Positions 23,316-36,021 of a stretch of 64,000 nt of DNA are shown piece by piece (position 1 is the stretch's first letter; every line of letters starts with the position of its first letter). Made by a program: the position numbers and the translations under genes. The DNA lies in NCBI RefSeq assembly GCF_006345805.1, contig NC_043005.1, positions 83,948,001-84,012,000 on the forward strand, written 5' to 3'. The notes beneath the pieces were generated by a model, which searched no databases, was not told where the DNA came from, and saw nothing but the letters and a program-made list of their open reading frames with translations. This stretch comes from Octopus sinensis (Eukaryota).

Positions 23316-24534
23316 CACCTTATACACTTTAGGAGTGGCAAAGCGACAAGTTGTACACTGCATCCTTTAAAAATTCCCCAACACCACTCCTGATCTGCTT
23401 ATGCATCTGTTTCCTCCTTATGGCATTTTAACTATTTTCTTTTCTGGTTCCTTTTTGTGTTTTATTCTGTGTTACGTATTTACTTTTGGCTGTCATTACT
23501 GTCTTTCTTCACTTGGCATATTACTGCTATCTGTCCCCTGTTTTACTCTTTTACAAAAAAAAAAAAAACTGTATTGCACCTGAGCACTGCTTACAATTAG
23601 CTCACTTTTACTATTTATCATTTTTAAGCTAACAATTGTCCCATAAAAGTGGGGTCCCTATTTTTTATGGATAGGGGGAGATAACAGAGCTCAAGATGTT
23701 TTTTTAGAGCTGCCAAAACTTATAGGATGAAAGGGAAGAATTTATGCTTAGATTGGCGACCATATCCAAATTCTTGCACTAACATGGAACATTAAATCAG
23801 ATGCCATTAACCATTTTCTTACCATATTTATTTTGAAGTACACAACATTTCTGTCTATTAATTTTGAAAATAATGAAGAATATATTAAAATAATTTTGTC
23901 ATTATTAAACTGGTGGTGAACAGAAAGAATTGTTGGCATGTCAGGAAAAGTTCTTAGCAGTATTTCAACCATCTTTATGTTCTTAGTTTAAATTCTACCA
24001 AGGTTAACTTTGCCTTTTATCTTTTCACAGTTGAAATAAGTACCAGTTATGCACTGAGATCAATGTAATCAACTTACCCCGTCTCCTGAAATTGCTGGCC
24101 TTGTGCCAAAATTTGAACACTTTCAAACAAGAAGTTTGTATTGTAGAACCAGGGGCAGTCACAGGTGGGTTGGTATCAAAAGGATTAAGTCTGTCACCAA
24201 AGATAAGGTTCTATCTAACTGTAGGGCTTCCACACAATTTCGACCTACCAAATTTCACTCACAAAGTTTGAGTCTGACCAAGGCTGTAATAAAAGATATT
24301 TGTCTACATAGGTTTGGGAACAGGGTGTCCAGTGGTTGCATGTGCAGCCCCTTAAATTTGGTCAGAGTGAGCAATGAAAATGCTTTGAACATCATCCTAA
24401 AAAACTTCATCGCCAAAACGAACAAGCATAGAATCACTCATGGACTGATTTGAAATACTACCTTTCCATTACTGGATTTATTTGATTCTACTGATGTACA
24501 AATATAGTAATAATAATCATTATTGTTATACTAG

Positions 24535-24704
24535 GCGTAGGAGTGGCTGTGTGGTAAGTAGCTTGCTTTTAAACCACATGGTTCCAAGTTCAGACCCACT
24601 GCGTGGCACCTTGGGCAAGTGTCTCTTACTATAGCCTCGGGCTGACCAAAGCCTTGTGAATGGATTTGGTAGACAGAAACTGAAAGAAGCCCATCGTATA
24701 TATG

Positions 24705-24737
<33 letters not shown>

Positions 24738-24982
24738 ATGTGTGTGTGTGTGTATGTGTGTGTGTGTGTATATGTTTGTGCGTCTGTGTTTGTCCTTCAT
24801 TATCGCTTGACAACTGATGCTGGTGTGTTTACATACCCATAACTTAGCAGTTCGGCAAAAGAGACCGATAAAATAAGTACTAGGCTTACAAAGAATAAGT
24901 CCTGTGGTTGATTTGCTTGACTAAAGGCAGTGCTCCAGCATGGCCACAGTCAAATGACTGAAACAAATAAAAGAGAGTAAGA
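24535..24982 (+). mobile_element. SINE family A
   Basis: Full-length. Confidence 0.85.
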
Positions 24983-25821
24983 GTAGTATTACTTTGATAT
25001 TAAGATCATAAAAGGTTTTGGACCTGGGTTTGCATCTACCCTCAGCAAATTTCACTCAGGAGCCAAGCAATGATATCAAAGTTCAAACCCCAATAGTCAG
25101 AAAGTAAAAGTTTAAACCTCACACCCACTCATGACTGCAACAGGAAATATTTCAGGAGTCTGAAGTCTGGGGTTCAAATCCTGCCTTTAGCATTGATTGT
25201 AAAGATGCTGGAACTATAGGCATTATCACCATCATTTAACATCTGTTTTCCATGCTGGCATAGGTTGGACAGTTGACCAGAGTTGGAAAGCTGCATCAGA
25301 TCTCAGTCATGTTTTGGCATGGTTTCTATGACTGGACGCCCTTCCTAATGCCAACCACTTAACAGAATGTACTGGGTACTTTTTACGTGGTGCTGGCATG
25401 GATGCTGTTTACAAGGTACTAGTAAAAAATAGTTACAAGAAAAGGATAGACGTGTATTGAATGGAGAGAGATGTACAATTATGTTTGACTTGCTTGAATC
25501 ACTTCATCCCATTTATGTGACTTTTATGCTTGAATCTCCCTCAAATGACACCCTAAAGAAAAACAGAAAGGGGAAAGGACAGATTTCCCAATGTAATCCT
25601 AAAGAGCCAGAAAAAAAAATTACAGGATGGTCATGGCTGGAACACCTTTGTAAATATTCTTGTTAAAGTTTAACTTGAGAACTAAACTGCAACCACAGTT
25701 ACCACCACCAATTCACAGAGAGAGATGTTAATCCATCTCTCATCTCTCTCTGTGAATCAACAAGAGAGAGATGGAAATGAATAACTCCCCCATCCCACCC
25801 TGATAAGAAAAAAAAAACCAA

Positions 25822-26590
25822 AAATGGCACAGCTGTGTCATAAGAAGTTTCCTTCCTAACTACATAGTTCTGAGTTCAGTCCCACTGTATGGCACCTTGG
25901 GCAAGTGTCTTCTACTGTACCCACCTTGGGCTGACCAAGCCTTGTGAATGGATTTGGTAGGGAAAAACAGAAAGAAGCCTGTCGTATATCTTTATATATA
26001 AAGCTGAAGTTGTCTGTGTATGGCAGGTTTGGTAGCCTTCAACTAACACTATCTCCTCCGAGACCCTGCAGCACAAGTTGACCAAAATAGAGAGTATGAT
26101 AGAAGAAGGCTTATTCTTCATTCCATAGAAGATAAAATTCAAATTGGACCATGTTAACACCAAAAATTATTTACATCAAAAAGGTGCTTTTTTTCTATGA
26201 AAATCCCTATTTTTTACGATTTTTTTACTGCTGTGTCGCCATTTTTCGGTGTATTTCAACCAGAAAATGTTCACTTAAAGAGAATAACAAGCTACATAAT
26301 GCAAAATTTTTACTTTTCAAAAATTCCAATTCTAAAGGGTCGAAACAAACCCGAGCAATGCCGAGCGATACTGCTAGTATATATATATAAGTATACTTAT
26401 GTGTGTGTGTGTCTTTGCGTTTGTGCTTGTCCCCTCCACCATCACTTGATGACTGATGTGGTGTGTTTACGTCCCTGCAACCTAGCAGTTCAGCAAAAGA
26501 AACCAATAGAATAAGTACCAGGCTTACAAAGAATAAGTCCCGGAGTTGATTTCTTTGACTAAAAGGTGGTGCTCCAGCATGGCCAGAGCT
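25822..26590 (+). mobile_element. SINE family A interrupted by a Helitron
   Basis: 5' half to ~25988; 3' half resumes at 26378. Confidence 0.8.
25989..26377 (+). mobile_element. Non-autonomous Helitron
   Basis: A|TC...ccgagcaatgccgagcgatactgCTAG|T; inserted at an AT site with no TSD. Confidence 0.85.
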
Positions 26591-26694
26591 TTTCCATGTG
26601 ATCTTGAATTAATTAGAGCTTCATTTGAGCAACTTGGAGATTAGGAAGGCATGTGCATATATATCCTCCTCATCATCATCATGATCATGTGTGT

Positions 26695-27010
26695 GTATGT
26701 TGTTTCAGTCATTAGACTGTGGCCATGCTGGAATCGACCCCAGTACTTTTTCGTTAAAGCCTAGTACTTATTCTATCAGTTTCTTTTGCCAAATTGCTAA
26801 GTTATGGAGACAGAAACACACCGACACCAGTTTTCAAGCAGAGGTGGAAGGAAAAAACATACAAAGGCACACACATATATGACAGGCTTCTCTCAGTTTC
26901 CATCTAACAAATCCACTCACAAGGTTTTGGTCAGCCCAGTACTTGTTCAACATGTAATGCAGTGGGACTGAACCTGGAACCATGTGGTTGCGAAGCAAGC
27001 TTCTTACCAC
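26695..27010 (-). mobile_element. SINE family A
   Basis: Consensus match. Confidence 0.78.
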
Positions 27011-27021
27011 ACATATATATA

Positions 27022-27312
27022 TATCATGTGATCATGTGACCGACCAGACCATCAGATGTTGCTACACATCGCTGGTCACAATGCGTTTGCATTGTTTTAG
27101 CCTTCGAATGATGCGAGCAGGCCAACAGAAGAAAGAGTGAGAGAAAGAGTGGTGAAAGAGTACAGCAGGGGTCACCACCCCCTGCTGGAGCCTCGTGGAG
27201 CTTTTAGGTGTTTTCGCTCAATAAACACACACAACGCCCAGTCTGGGAATTGAAACCGCAATCCTACGACCGCGAGTCCGCTACCCTAACCACTGGGCCA
27301 TTGCACCTCCAC
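27022..27312 (-). mobile_element. tRNA(Arg)-like SINE, tail variant 2
   Basis: Same head/core; tail ...gaaggctaaaacaatgcaaacgcattgtgaccagcgatgtgtagc...cacatgatcacatga. Confidence 0.8.
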
Positions 27313-28132
27313 TTATATTTATATATATATACACACACACTCATACATGCGCGCACACACACATGCATACATTATATATACACATACAGAGAAAGATTAG
27401 GCGTTTCCAAATGTTTTTTAAAACCAATTTTTAATATGTAATGTTGAGCTTAAGTAAAATTGTTGGAGTTGTTGTGTTGGAGCTGAATGTTTACTTTGGG
27501 TTTCTTTAGTTTGTTATCGTTAGTTTAAACAGGAAATTATAATAATAAATTTACCATAAAGTCTATAAAATAATTTATGAAGCTGAGAGAAAAATGAAGA
27601 AATCTGATATGAATTAAAACAGCACGGAGCAGATAACACTGAAACATAGAGCCAATAAATCATGTGTACGTGTGTGTGTGTGTGTATGTGTGTATGTATA
27701 TCATATATATGCATGTTACAAACACACACACACGTATACTGATGTACATATACAAATACACATATACACTAACATTTACACACACGTACATATATATATA
27801 TATCTCTGAATAAAATATAGATATCATTTTAGGAAATGGGAGATAAAACTCTAAATCTTTTTAATAGCAAGCTTGATAAGGGTATTTCTAGCCTTAGTTT
27901 AGAAATAAAGTTTACTGAGTTCAAATCCAGTCAGGAGCCATTTACACATCCAGGAATAAGACACCTGACAATGATCGGAGATTAAACCAATCAGAATGCA
28001 GCATAGACAGAAATATTATATAAGACTCTTAGAGGTGAGATTAGTTCTGAGAATTATGAGGCTGACAATAACAATAACTTGTTACAGACTCTTAACTCAT
28101 TTCTATTGAAATACAGTTCTTGTTTCAGTCGA

Positions 28133-28339
28133 CCCTTTAGCATTTAAACAGGCCATATCTGACCCAAATATTCTACCAGTTTTATGTTCAAACTGGCCAG
28201 ATCCAGCCTCTCACACCTACCCTCTAATATTCTGAAAATAAACCATCACATCATTGAAATTTCAAAGCTACACGATTACTCCTAAATCATCTGAAAAAAT
28301 AAGTATTACATTCAACAGAGTAATTTGAATGCTAAATGG
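28133..28339 (+). mobile_element. Second piggyBac-type MITE family (also 19375..19592 -, ~52300..52470 -)
   Basis: ccctttagcatt...aatgctaaatggTTAA. Confidence 0.65.
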
Positions 28340-28635
28340 TTAAACTCTATGTAATAACAGCCAATATAAAGGTTGGTTGGTTGTCCTTTACATCATGTTA
28401 ATTGCTAGTAAGGGTGCCATATTTCATTTTGCAACCATAATATACTACAAAGTGTATTAAAGGTAAATATAGTCCTTTACTTTTGTGTTAGTAGTGCAAT
28501 GTTCTCACTTTTAAGTTTATCTCTTTAGATTTTCTACTGAATTTAGTGCCAGCACTGCAAGTTATGATGTGTCATATACGAATACAACTATGTAGATAAT
28601 GCAATCAAAGATAAAAAAAAATGTAGGTAATTGGT

Positions 28636-28676
28636 GTATATCCATATTTCATGAGTAATTGCTCTTTCATCAGTAC
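28636..28676 (-). ncRNA. Minimal type-I hammerhead motif, intact core
   Basis: GUA CUGAUGA AAGAG-caauua-CUCAU GAAA UAUGGA UA UAC. Confidence 0.55.
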
Positions 28677-28699
28677 CATATCCAACCAATTAACTTTCC

Positions 28700-28950
28700 A
28701 CTAACACATTGCTTAAATACATTATTTACATTTGATGGATGTTTGCTCTCATCTTGTTTGTTGTTAACACAATGTTTTGGCTGATATACCCTTCAGCCTT
28801 CCTTAGGTGTCTTGGGGAAATTTCAAACCTGGGTTCTCATTCCTAAGGTATTTTTCAATGTTATTATTATTATTCAGGTCACTGCCTGGAATTGAACTCA
28901 GAATCTTGGGGTTAGTAGCCTGCGCTCTTAACCACTAGAACCATTTGCCC
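28700..28950 (-). mobile_element. tRNA-headed SINE-like element carrying a hammerhead motif
   Basis: Minus strand: tggttctagtggttaagagcgcaggctactaacc...gagttcaattcc (A/B-box, tRNA-Asn-like), (AAT)n, then gacac-ctaagga-aggctg...cagcc-aaaa-ca-ttgtgtt. Confidence 0.7.
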
Positions 28951-29059
28951 ATGGGCAATTATGGAGCAAATTTTAGAGCTTATAAATCTAATATTTTCCT
29001 ATCCTTCCTTAAAACCAGTTCCCATTTGCTACTCACATCTGTACTCAGTCTGCTTAGGA

Positions 29060-29197
29060 GACTGAAATTTTTCCAAGACCCCTGATGGAGGCTGGAGGGT
29101 ATATCAGTGAAATGTGTTAACAACAAACAAGATGACAAATATTTGTCAAATGTAAATAATGTACATAATTCCTCATCTCTTAAATGTAGAACTACAT
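29060..29197 (+). mobile_element. Inverted partial copy of the hammerhead-bearing 3' half of the same element
   Basis: gaaatttttccaagacccctgatggaggctggagggtatatcagtgaaatgtgttaacaacaaacaagatg...tagaact. Confidence 0.7.
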
Positions 29198-29293
29198 TGC
29201 TGAATTGCCCACTAAGTTTAGTGGTGTAATACTACTGGATAGATGGATTTACATATTAAACACATTCCTGGCAAACTGAAAGATTGACATCAT

Positions 29294-29336
<43 letters not shown>

Positions 29337-30094
29337 GATAGATAGATAGATAGAGAGGGGGGAGAGTTAACATAAGAGGTGAAAGATGAGTGTCTTATAA
29401 CGTTCTGAAAAAAAAAAACTTTTCTTTTTTAATGAAATTTTGCAAAGAAAGGTTTTTGATAAAGTAGATTGAATTATGTTAATAAGTTTAGAAAAATAAC
29501 ACATATTTGTTGCAAGTACACAAATGAGAAATTTGTTTTATTTAATTTTATTTCCAAGTAAGAGATATTTTTTTTCATCTGAAAATTACTATTCATTCCT
29601 GTGTTTTGAAGAATTGCCCCCAAAATTTGATAAAAGCTAAATGAAGAATTTAGTAAAATAACTTTGTCCTTATAAATTTGGTGTTTGGAACATGAATTAA
29701 CATGAAGCTTTGATGGAGGTTTGTAACATAGCACCATGTATGACCTGAAGCTGGTTGGCATCAAAAATAGAACCAAAAAGAAATGAAAGTCAAAGAATTC
29801 TCAGAAGGTATTAGTTCTAAAAAAGATATATCTAGCAAGTAGAGCACAAAAGGGTAAACCAATTTCTAAGAGTTTGTCTCTTTTTCAGTCATAATCTATG
29901 TGAAGATCTGAACTCAACACTGAAACATCCACTAAATTCATCAACTAAATAGTGGTGGTCACTATTGTTGAAAATATCGGTTTTCTTTTCTTTTTTTTTT
30001 TTGCTAAAAATAAAGGAAAAGATTTATATTTTGGAGTGAAAGGAGAGTTACTCTGATGTTTTTTTTTAAGAAATGTATTTTTTGTCACTTCTTC

Positions 30095-30420
30095 ATCATC
30101 ATCATCATCGTTTAACGTCTGTTTTCCATGCTAGCATGGGTTGGACGGTTCGACCGGGGTCTGGGAAGCCAGGAGGATGCATCTGGCTACAGTCTGATCT
30201 GGCAGTGTTTCTACAGCTGGATGTCCTTCCTAACGCCAACCACTCCGTGAGTGTAGTGAGTGCTTTTTACAATGCAACAGCACAGGTGCCAGGGGAGGCT
30301 GGCAACAGCCACGATCAGTTGGTGCTCTTTACGTGTCACCGGCACGATAGCCAGTCAAGGTGGCACTGGTATCGACCACGTATGGATGGTGCTTTTTATG
30401 TGCCACTGGCACAGATGTCA
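30095..30420 (-). mobile_element. RTE 3'-UTR copy
   Basis: Same consensus. Confidence 0.8.
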
Positions 30421-31067
30421 AAAATATTACTTGTTTTTCCTTAAGACCAACAGTTTATATTTAAAGGGGAAAAGGTGATGCTGAGACATTTATGCTTTAG
30501 TAAGAGAAGAGATATACAAGTAGGCATTGGTAAATGTAAATAAAAAAATAAAAATTTAAAAAAAAGCAAACAAACCAAAAGTTATTACAAAAAGAGGCTG
30601 TTGGTCTCTGTATTGGTCTATGTTCCTCCTGTGCATTAGGCAGCAAGTTTTCTCCAATTATACACTTTTGAGTACCTGCAGCATACCATGCAATGTTAAT
30701 TCAGATCTCCTTAGAATGTGAAGCACACCACACCCTCTTGGGCCTCCATTTCTTCCTGCATTCCTCTACTGACACTCATTGTATTTGTTCTTGTGGAACT
30801 AATAGAGGAAGGGGAAAATGTGATCCCTGTCGTAAGGGAAAGGGAAATAGGAAGTGTGATATTTATGCCCTTTGAAAAGCAATAGTAATGTATGTTACAA
30901 GTGAAATGAAATGGTTGTGGTTTTAATAAGAAACAAAGTGCAACATAAGTTTGACTTTTGATCAATGCAATACCAGTATACAGTTATATAACAACATATT
31001 GTATATATATGTATATAAATAAATATATATATGTGTATATATATATAATATATATATATATACACAT

Positions 31068-31270
31068 TCATCATCATCATCATTTAACGTCTGTTTTCCA
31101 TGCTACATGGGTTGGACGGTTCGACTGGGGTCTGGGAAGCCAGGAGGCTGCACCAGGCTCCACTTTAATCTGGCAGTGTTTCTACAGCTGGATTATCTTC
31201 CTAACACCAACCACTTTGTGAGTGTAGTGGGTGCTTTTTATGTGCCACCGGCACAGGGGCCAGATGAGGC
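31068..31270 (-). mobile_element. RTE 3'-UTR copy
   Basis: Same consensus. Confidence 0.78.
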
Positions 31271-31401
31271 TAATATATTACAATATTGTATGGTAAGATG
31301 ACAGGATAACACCATTTGTAGGAAGGGGAAATAAAAGTAGATTAAAATAAAACAAAATAAAGTTAAAAAGTAGTCTGTTTACTTATTTATCAACCTGTCT
31401 A

Positions 31402-32645
31402 TCAGGTCATTAAGAATGAAATGTCCGATTTTCTTAAGCACCAAGTTTGACAGTCATTAACTCTAATGTTTTATGCTGACAATTCTTTGTTTTACAACAT
31501 TGAGGGGTTCCATCATCACTTTTTGAAATTCAATTCATGGTATCTCATTATATTGTGAGTTTTCTCTTGTAAATCAGTTTTTGTGAACCCATGGATAGAT
31601 CAAAAATTCGTGTTATGAATATGAGTTCCATCATGGAACCAATGCATCCCAGACAGCTCGAAACATCAATGGGATGTTTGGTGAAGATGTGGCAAATAAG
31701 TACACTGTACATCAATGGTTTGGGAAGTGCCAGTCTGGTGACTTTACTCTTGAAAATCAGCCCCGTGGTAGACCTGAAACCAAGGTGGATAATGATGAGA
31801 TGGAAACTGTAGTGGAAGCAGATACATCTCAAACTACGTGTGAGTTAGCAGCAAGGTTTGATGTTTTGATTCTAACTGTATTGGACCATCTGAAACAAAT
31901 CGACAAGATAAAGAAGCTGGACAAGTGGGTATCACACAAACTGAATGAGCCTCAAATCACACATCGTTTTGAAACTTGCTGTTCTTTTTGCATTGTATTG
32001 TTATGTGTGATAAAAAATGGATTCTTTTCAACAATAGCAAGTATTCTGCATGGTGATTGGATAGAGATTAAGTGCCAAAACACAATCCAAAAAAGAATAT
32101 TCACGAAAAAGGCTAATAGTGTCCGTTTGGTGGTGCAGTGCTGATGTCATCCACTACAGTTTCATAGGACCAGATAAGTCAGTTACAGCGGATGTATACA
32201 TCAACGAATTGGATGAAATGATGAGTGAACTTGCAATTAAGTAACCAAGATTGGTCAATAGAAACAGGCCAATTCTCTTGCAAGACAATGCTCGACCACA
32301 TGTTTCACAAAGAACGCTGCTCAAGTTACAGGAACTGAACTTGGAAGTACTCTGCCATCCACCATATTCACCAGACCTTGCACCAGCTGACTATCACGGA
32401 TTCCAGGTATTAGACAACTTTTTGCAATGAAAAATCTTAAGAAGATGCAAAAACAGTCTTTATTGATATCATCACCTCTTGCTCTCCAGAATTCTTCACT
32501 GCTGCCATAAATAAGCTACCAATAAAATGGCAAAATTGTGTTGATGATTCAGGAGCATACTTTGATTAACTGCATTGCTTTTTGTTGAGATAAAGTAAAA
32601 TGAACTTTCAGTTCAAAATCGGACACTTCATTCTTAATGACCTGA
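31402..32645 (+). mobile_element. Full-length decayed mariner (DD34D) transposon
   Basis: TA-flanked ~30-bp TIRs tcaggtcattaagaatgaa(a/g)tgtccgatttt; fragments MDRSKIR, GRP, KWVSHKL, QDNARPH, YSPDLAPADY; many stops and frameshifts. Confidence 0.9.
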
Positions 32646-34003
32646 TATTTTTATATCTATAAACCTTTTATATATTCTTAATCTCTTACATCCATGAACC
32701 TTTAAAACTTTTACATCAATAAATCTATAATGGAAAATTAAATCCTCTCACACTTCCTTATGTTTCTTTTTACTTTGTTTTATTCTGTTTTATTTCATTT
32801 TTATTTCTTTTATCTCATCTTCCTCCTTTACCTTCCTAATCTCTTCTACAAATGGAATTAGCCTTTCATCTTACTATACTTTTATTCTTGTCTGAGATAC
32901 ACCAACACATTTTATAACAATATTGGTACAAAAGCCTCATTTGTATGGTATCGTTTGCTTCCAGTTACCTAAATCAATATGTCCAGACTGTTTGTTGTTC
33001 CATAGAGTGGGAGGTTATTACCTTTCTTGGAAACCAGAAGAGGATGACAACAGGAAGGGCATATGGCAGTAAAAATCTCTTCCTCAACATATTACTTGTT
33101 GTTACTGTTATTTACAGTATTTCCTGTTTTTATTTGGGAGATGAGGGTTATTAGTCAGGCATGTCATTGTGTTGTTTGTATAGAAAATCGTTTCTCTTGT
33201 CCTTTGATGTTGACAAAAGGATTTGGGTAGGTGTAAAGGTCATTGGTCTGTATGTTTCTCTCTCAGTGTTGTGTTACAAGCAATTTGATTAGTATATAGA
33301 AAATATTTTCAGGTAAGCAGGGAAAAGTAGACACTGAAACAGTTATGATGATGTACAAATGTCATAAACTTGGAGGGAGTGTATAACCAATTACATTATT
33401 CCCCAGTGCATGACTGGTATTTAAGTTTACATTGCATAAGAGATGAAATTTGTAATGTCACAGAATGGCAAAGCATGTTAAACCTGAGATTTATGAATTA
33501 ATGCATGTCATTCAGCACTGTATGTCAATAGAGAAAATATATATTTACATGCACACACATATACATTCAGGGATATTTTCATTCATAAAATATATGAAGA
33601 TGCTCACAAATCAAGCAACTTTTTACTGTTCAGTGTTCTACAAATGATGGAGGAACTGCAAAAAGGAGAATATATTATATTATATTTTATATATATATAT
33701 GAAAAAATAAGTTTGAAAAAGAACAATTCAAACTTTTTGAAAGGTCCAAAAAGAGAGAAAGAATGATTTCTAATAAAGATTCATTTTTCTATAATTGTTT
33801 ATGGTATATTTATATCTGTAACGATATTTTTCAACTATATATATATATATAAATGGATGATTCAATTATCCTTTGTTTACCGTTAACATGGAAAGTTCAA
33901 TAAACAGTTACCAGGGTAGCAAAATTCACGCAAGTAACAAGGATGTAGCGACCTATTCAAAGGTAGAAACTCCGGGTTAATGTGCAGTAATTTGTATAGG
34001 ATA

Positions 34004-34075
34004 GTAAATAAATGGAGTTGAACGCATATGTTATTCAAATTTGAATAGCATCTGCATTCAACTCCATTTATTTAC
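34004..34075. repeat. 72-bp near-perfect spacerless palindrome
   Basis: gtaaataaatggagttgaa...tattcaaa|tttgaata...ttcaactccatttatttac. Confidence 0.85.
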
Positions 34076-34382
34076 ATATATATATATATATATATTAAAT
34101 TAGAGATAAAACCACTATTAGGCAAATCAAATTGAAATATAATTTAAATATTAATTTAAATAATTTTTCAAAATTTTAACTTTAATTTAAATATTTTAAT
34201 TATTTTTTATATATTTTTTAATTAATTTTATTTCTATGCATTGGCTTATGATTTTCACTGTTTGATTTGCCTAATAGTGGTTTTATCTCTAATTTAATAT
34301 AATATATATTTATACTATAAAATTAGATTTAATCCTAAATCTAATTTTTCCCTGCAAGTTTGGATTTACTCCCTAATATTAT

Positions 34383-34474
<92 letters not shown>

Positions 34475-34587
34475 CACATACACACAGACAATATACATAC
34501 ATACACAGTATAAATGCAATGAACAAAAAAAAAAGACAACACAGGTAGGGTAAGGTATTAGCTTAATGTTTTAATGAGAAGAGAAAG

Positions 34588-34623
34588 TGTCAATGTTTCA
34601 GGCATTAGTCCTTCATCAGGAGA
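34588..34623 (-). ncRNA. Minimal type-I hammerhead motif
   Basis: UCUC CUGAUGA AGG-acuaaug-CCU GAAA CA UU GACA. Confidence 0.55.
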
Positions 34624-35202
34624 AAATCAAAAGCATAGAGTGAGTGATGAAGGGAAACAGCTAGTAAGAGAGAAAATATATATATAAACAGAAAAATGGT
34701 TTGGAAACAGGTGGCAATGAAGTTCTAGGGGGAGGAGAGAGAGAGCAGGTGTGTACGTGCTGGTATAGGTGTGTCTCTGTGCCTGGAAGTATAGTAGCAT
34801 AGGTTAGTGGGGATGTATATGTTTTATGTGTGTGTGTGTGTATATTATATGTATGTATATATGTGTGTGTGCGTATATATATATGTATGTATATATATGT
34901 GTGTGTGTGTGTATATTATATATATGTATATGTGTGTGTGTATATATATATGTATGTATATATATGTGTGTGTGAGTGTGTGTATATTATATGTTTGTAT
35001 ATATGTGTGTGTATATATTATATATGTATATATAATATATATATATATATATGTGTGTATGTTTGTGTATGTATGTGTATATATATATATATATATATGC
35101 ATATATGTATGCATGTATATATATATATATATATATATACATATACACATGCAAACATATATGTATACACACACACACACAGCTAATATAGATATTTTTC
35201 AA

Positions 35203-35560
35203 AAAGATCTTCTAAGCAATGCAGGTGAGATGTTAAGCAAAATATGTGAGGTGATGCCAACAAATAAAGACAAGAAAGTATCATATCACCTTGCATAGGT
35301 TGTTTATAAGGTTTCTCTTGTACTTCAGGAAATTTTCCCCTTATCAAATACATCAGAATGGCCTGCCAATAATGATAATTTTTCTCTGAACTCTTGGATT
35401 ATTTTGTATCATATATTTGATAAGGGGAAGCTTTTCCGAAATATTATAGAAGCATTAGACAGCCTCTATATGGTGATAAAATATCTTGCCTTGATGTTAT
35501 TGGCATCACTTTACATATTTTACCCAAATTTTCTTACTTGCATTGCTTAAAGGTCTTTTT
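35203..35560. mobile_element. Old fold-back MITE
   Basis: 35203..35355 is a diverged reverse complement of 35400..35560. Confidence 0.6.
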
Positions 35561-36021
35561 AAAAAGTATATCAGTTGCATGTACTGGTTCCAAGCTTTGG
35601 TACAAAGCTAGCAATCTTATATCGATTCCAGTATTCAACTAGCACTTATTTTCTCAATCCCCAAAGGATGAAAGGCTAAGTCAACCTTGGTGGAATTTGA
35701 ACTTGAAATGTAAAGATGGATGAAATGCTACTAGGCATTACTGCCTGGTGCAAGCCAAAAGTCCCTTGACAGTAAATCAAAACCATTTAATTCCAATGTT
35801 TAACAACTGGATGAATTTAATAAAAGCCTCTAAATATGAAACATCATGGAAATTGTTCAAACTGAAGTCCTTCTTAAGCGATACCATTTTTCCAAATGAA
35901 TAAATAAAACTGAATATTAGGTACTTATGGAATTTTGATTTACTGTTGGGTGACTTTTGGCCAACCCTGTATTACAATATTACATATATTACATTATTCT
36001 TTTCTATATATATATATATAT

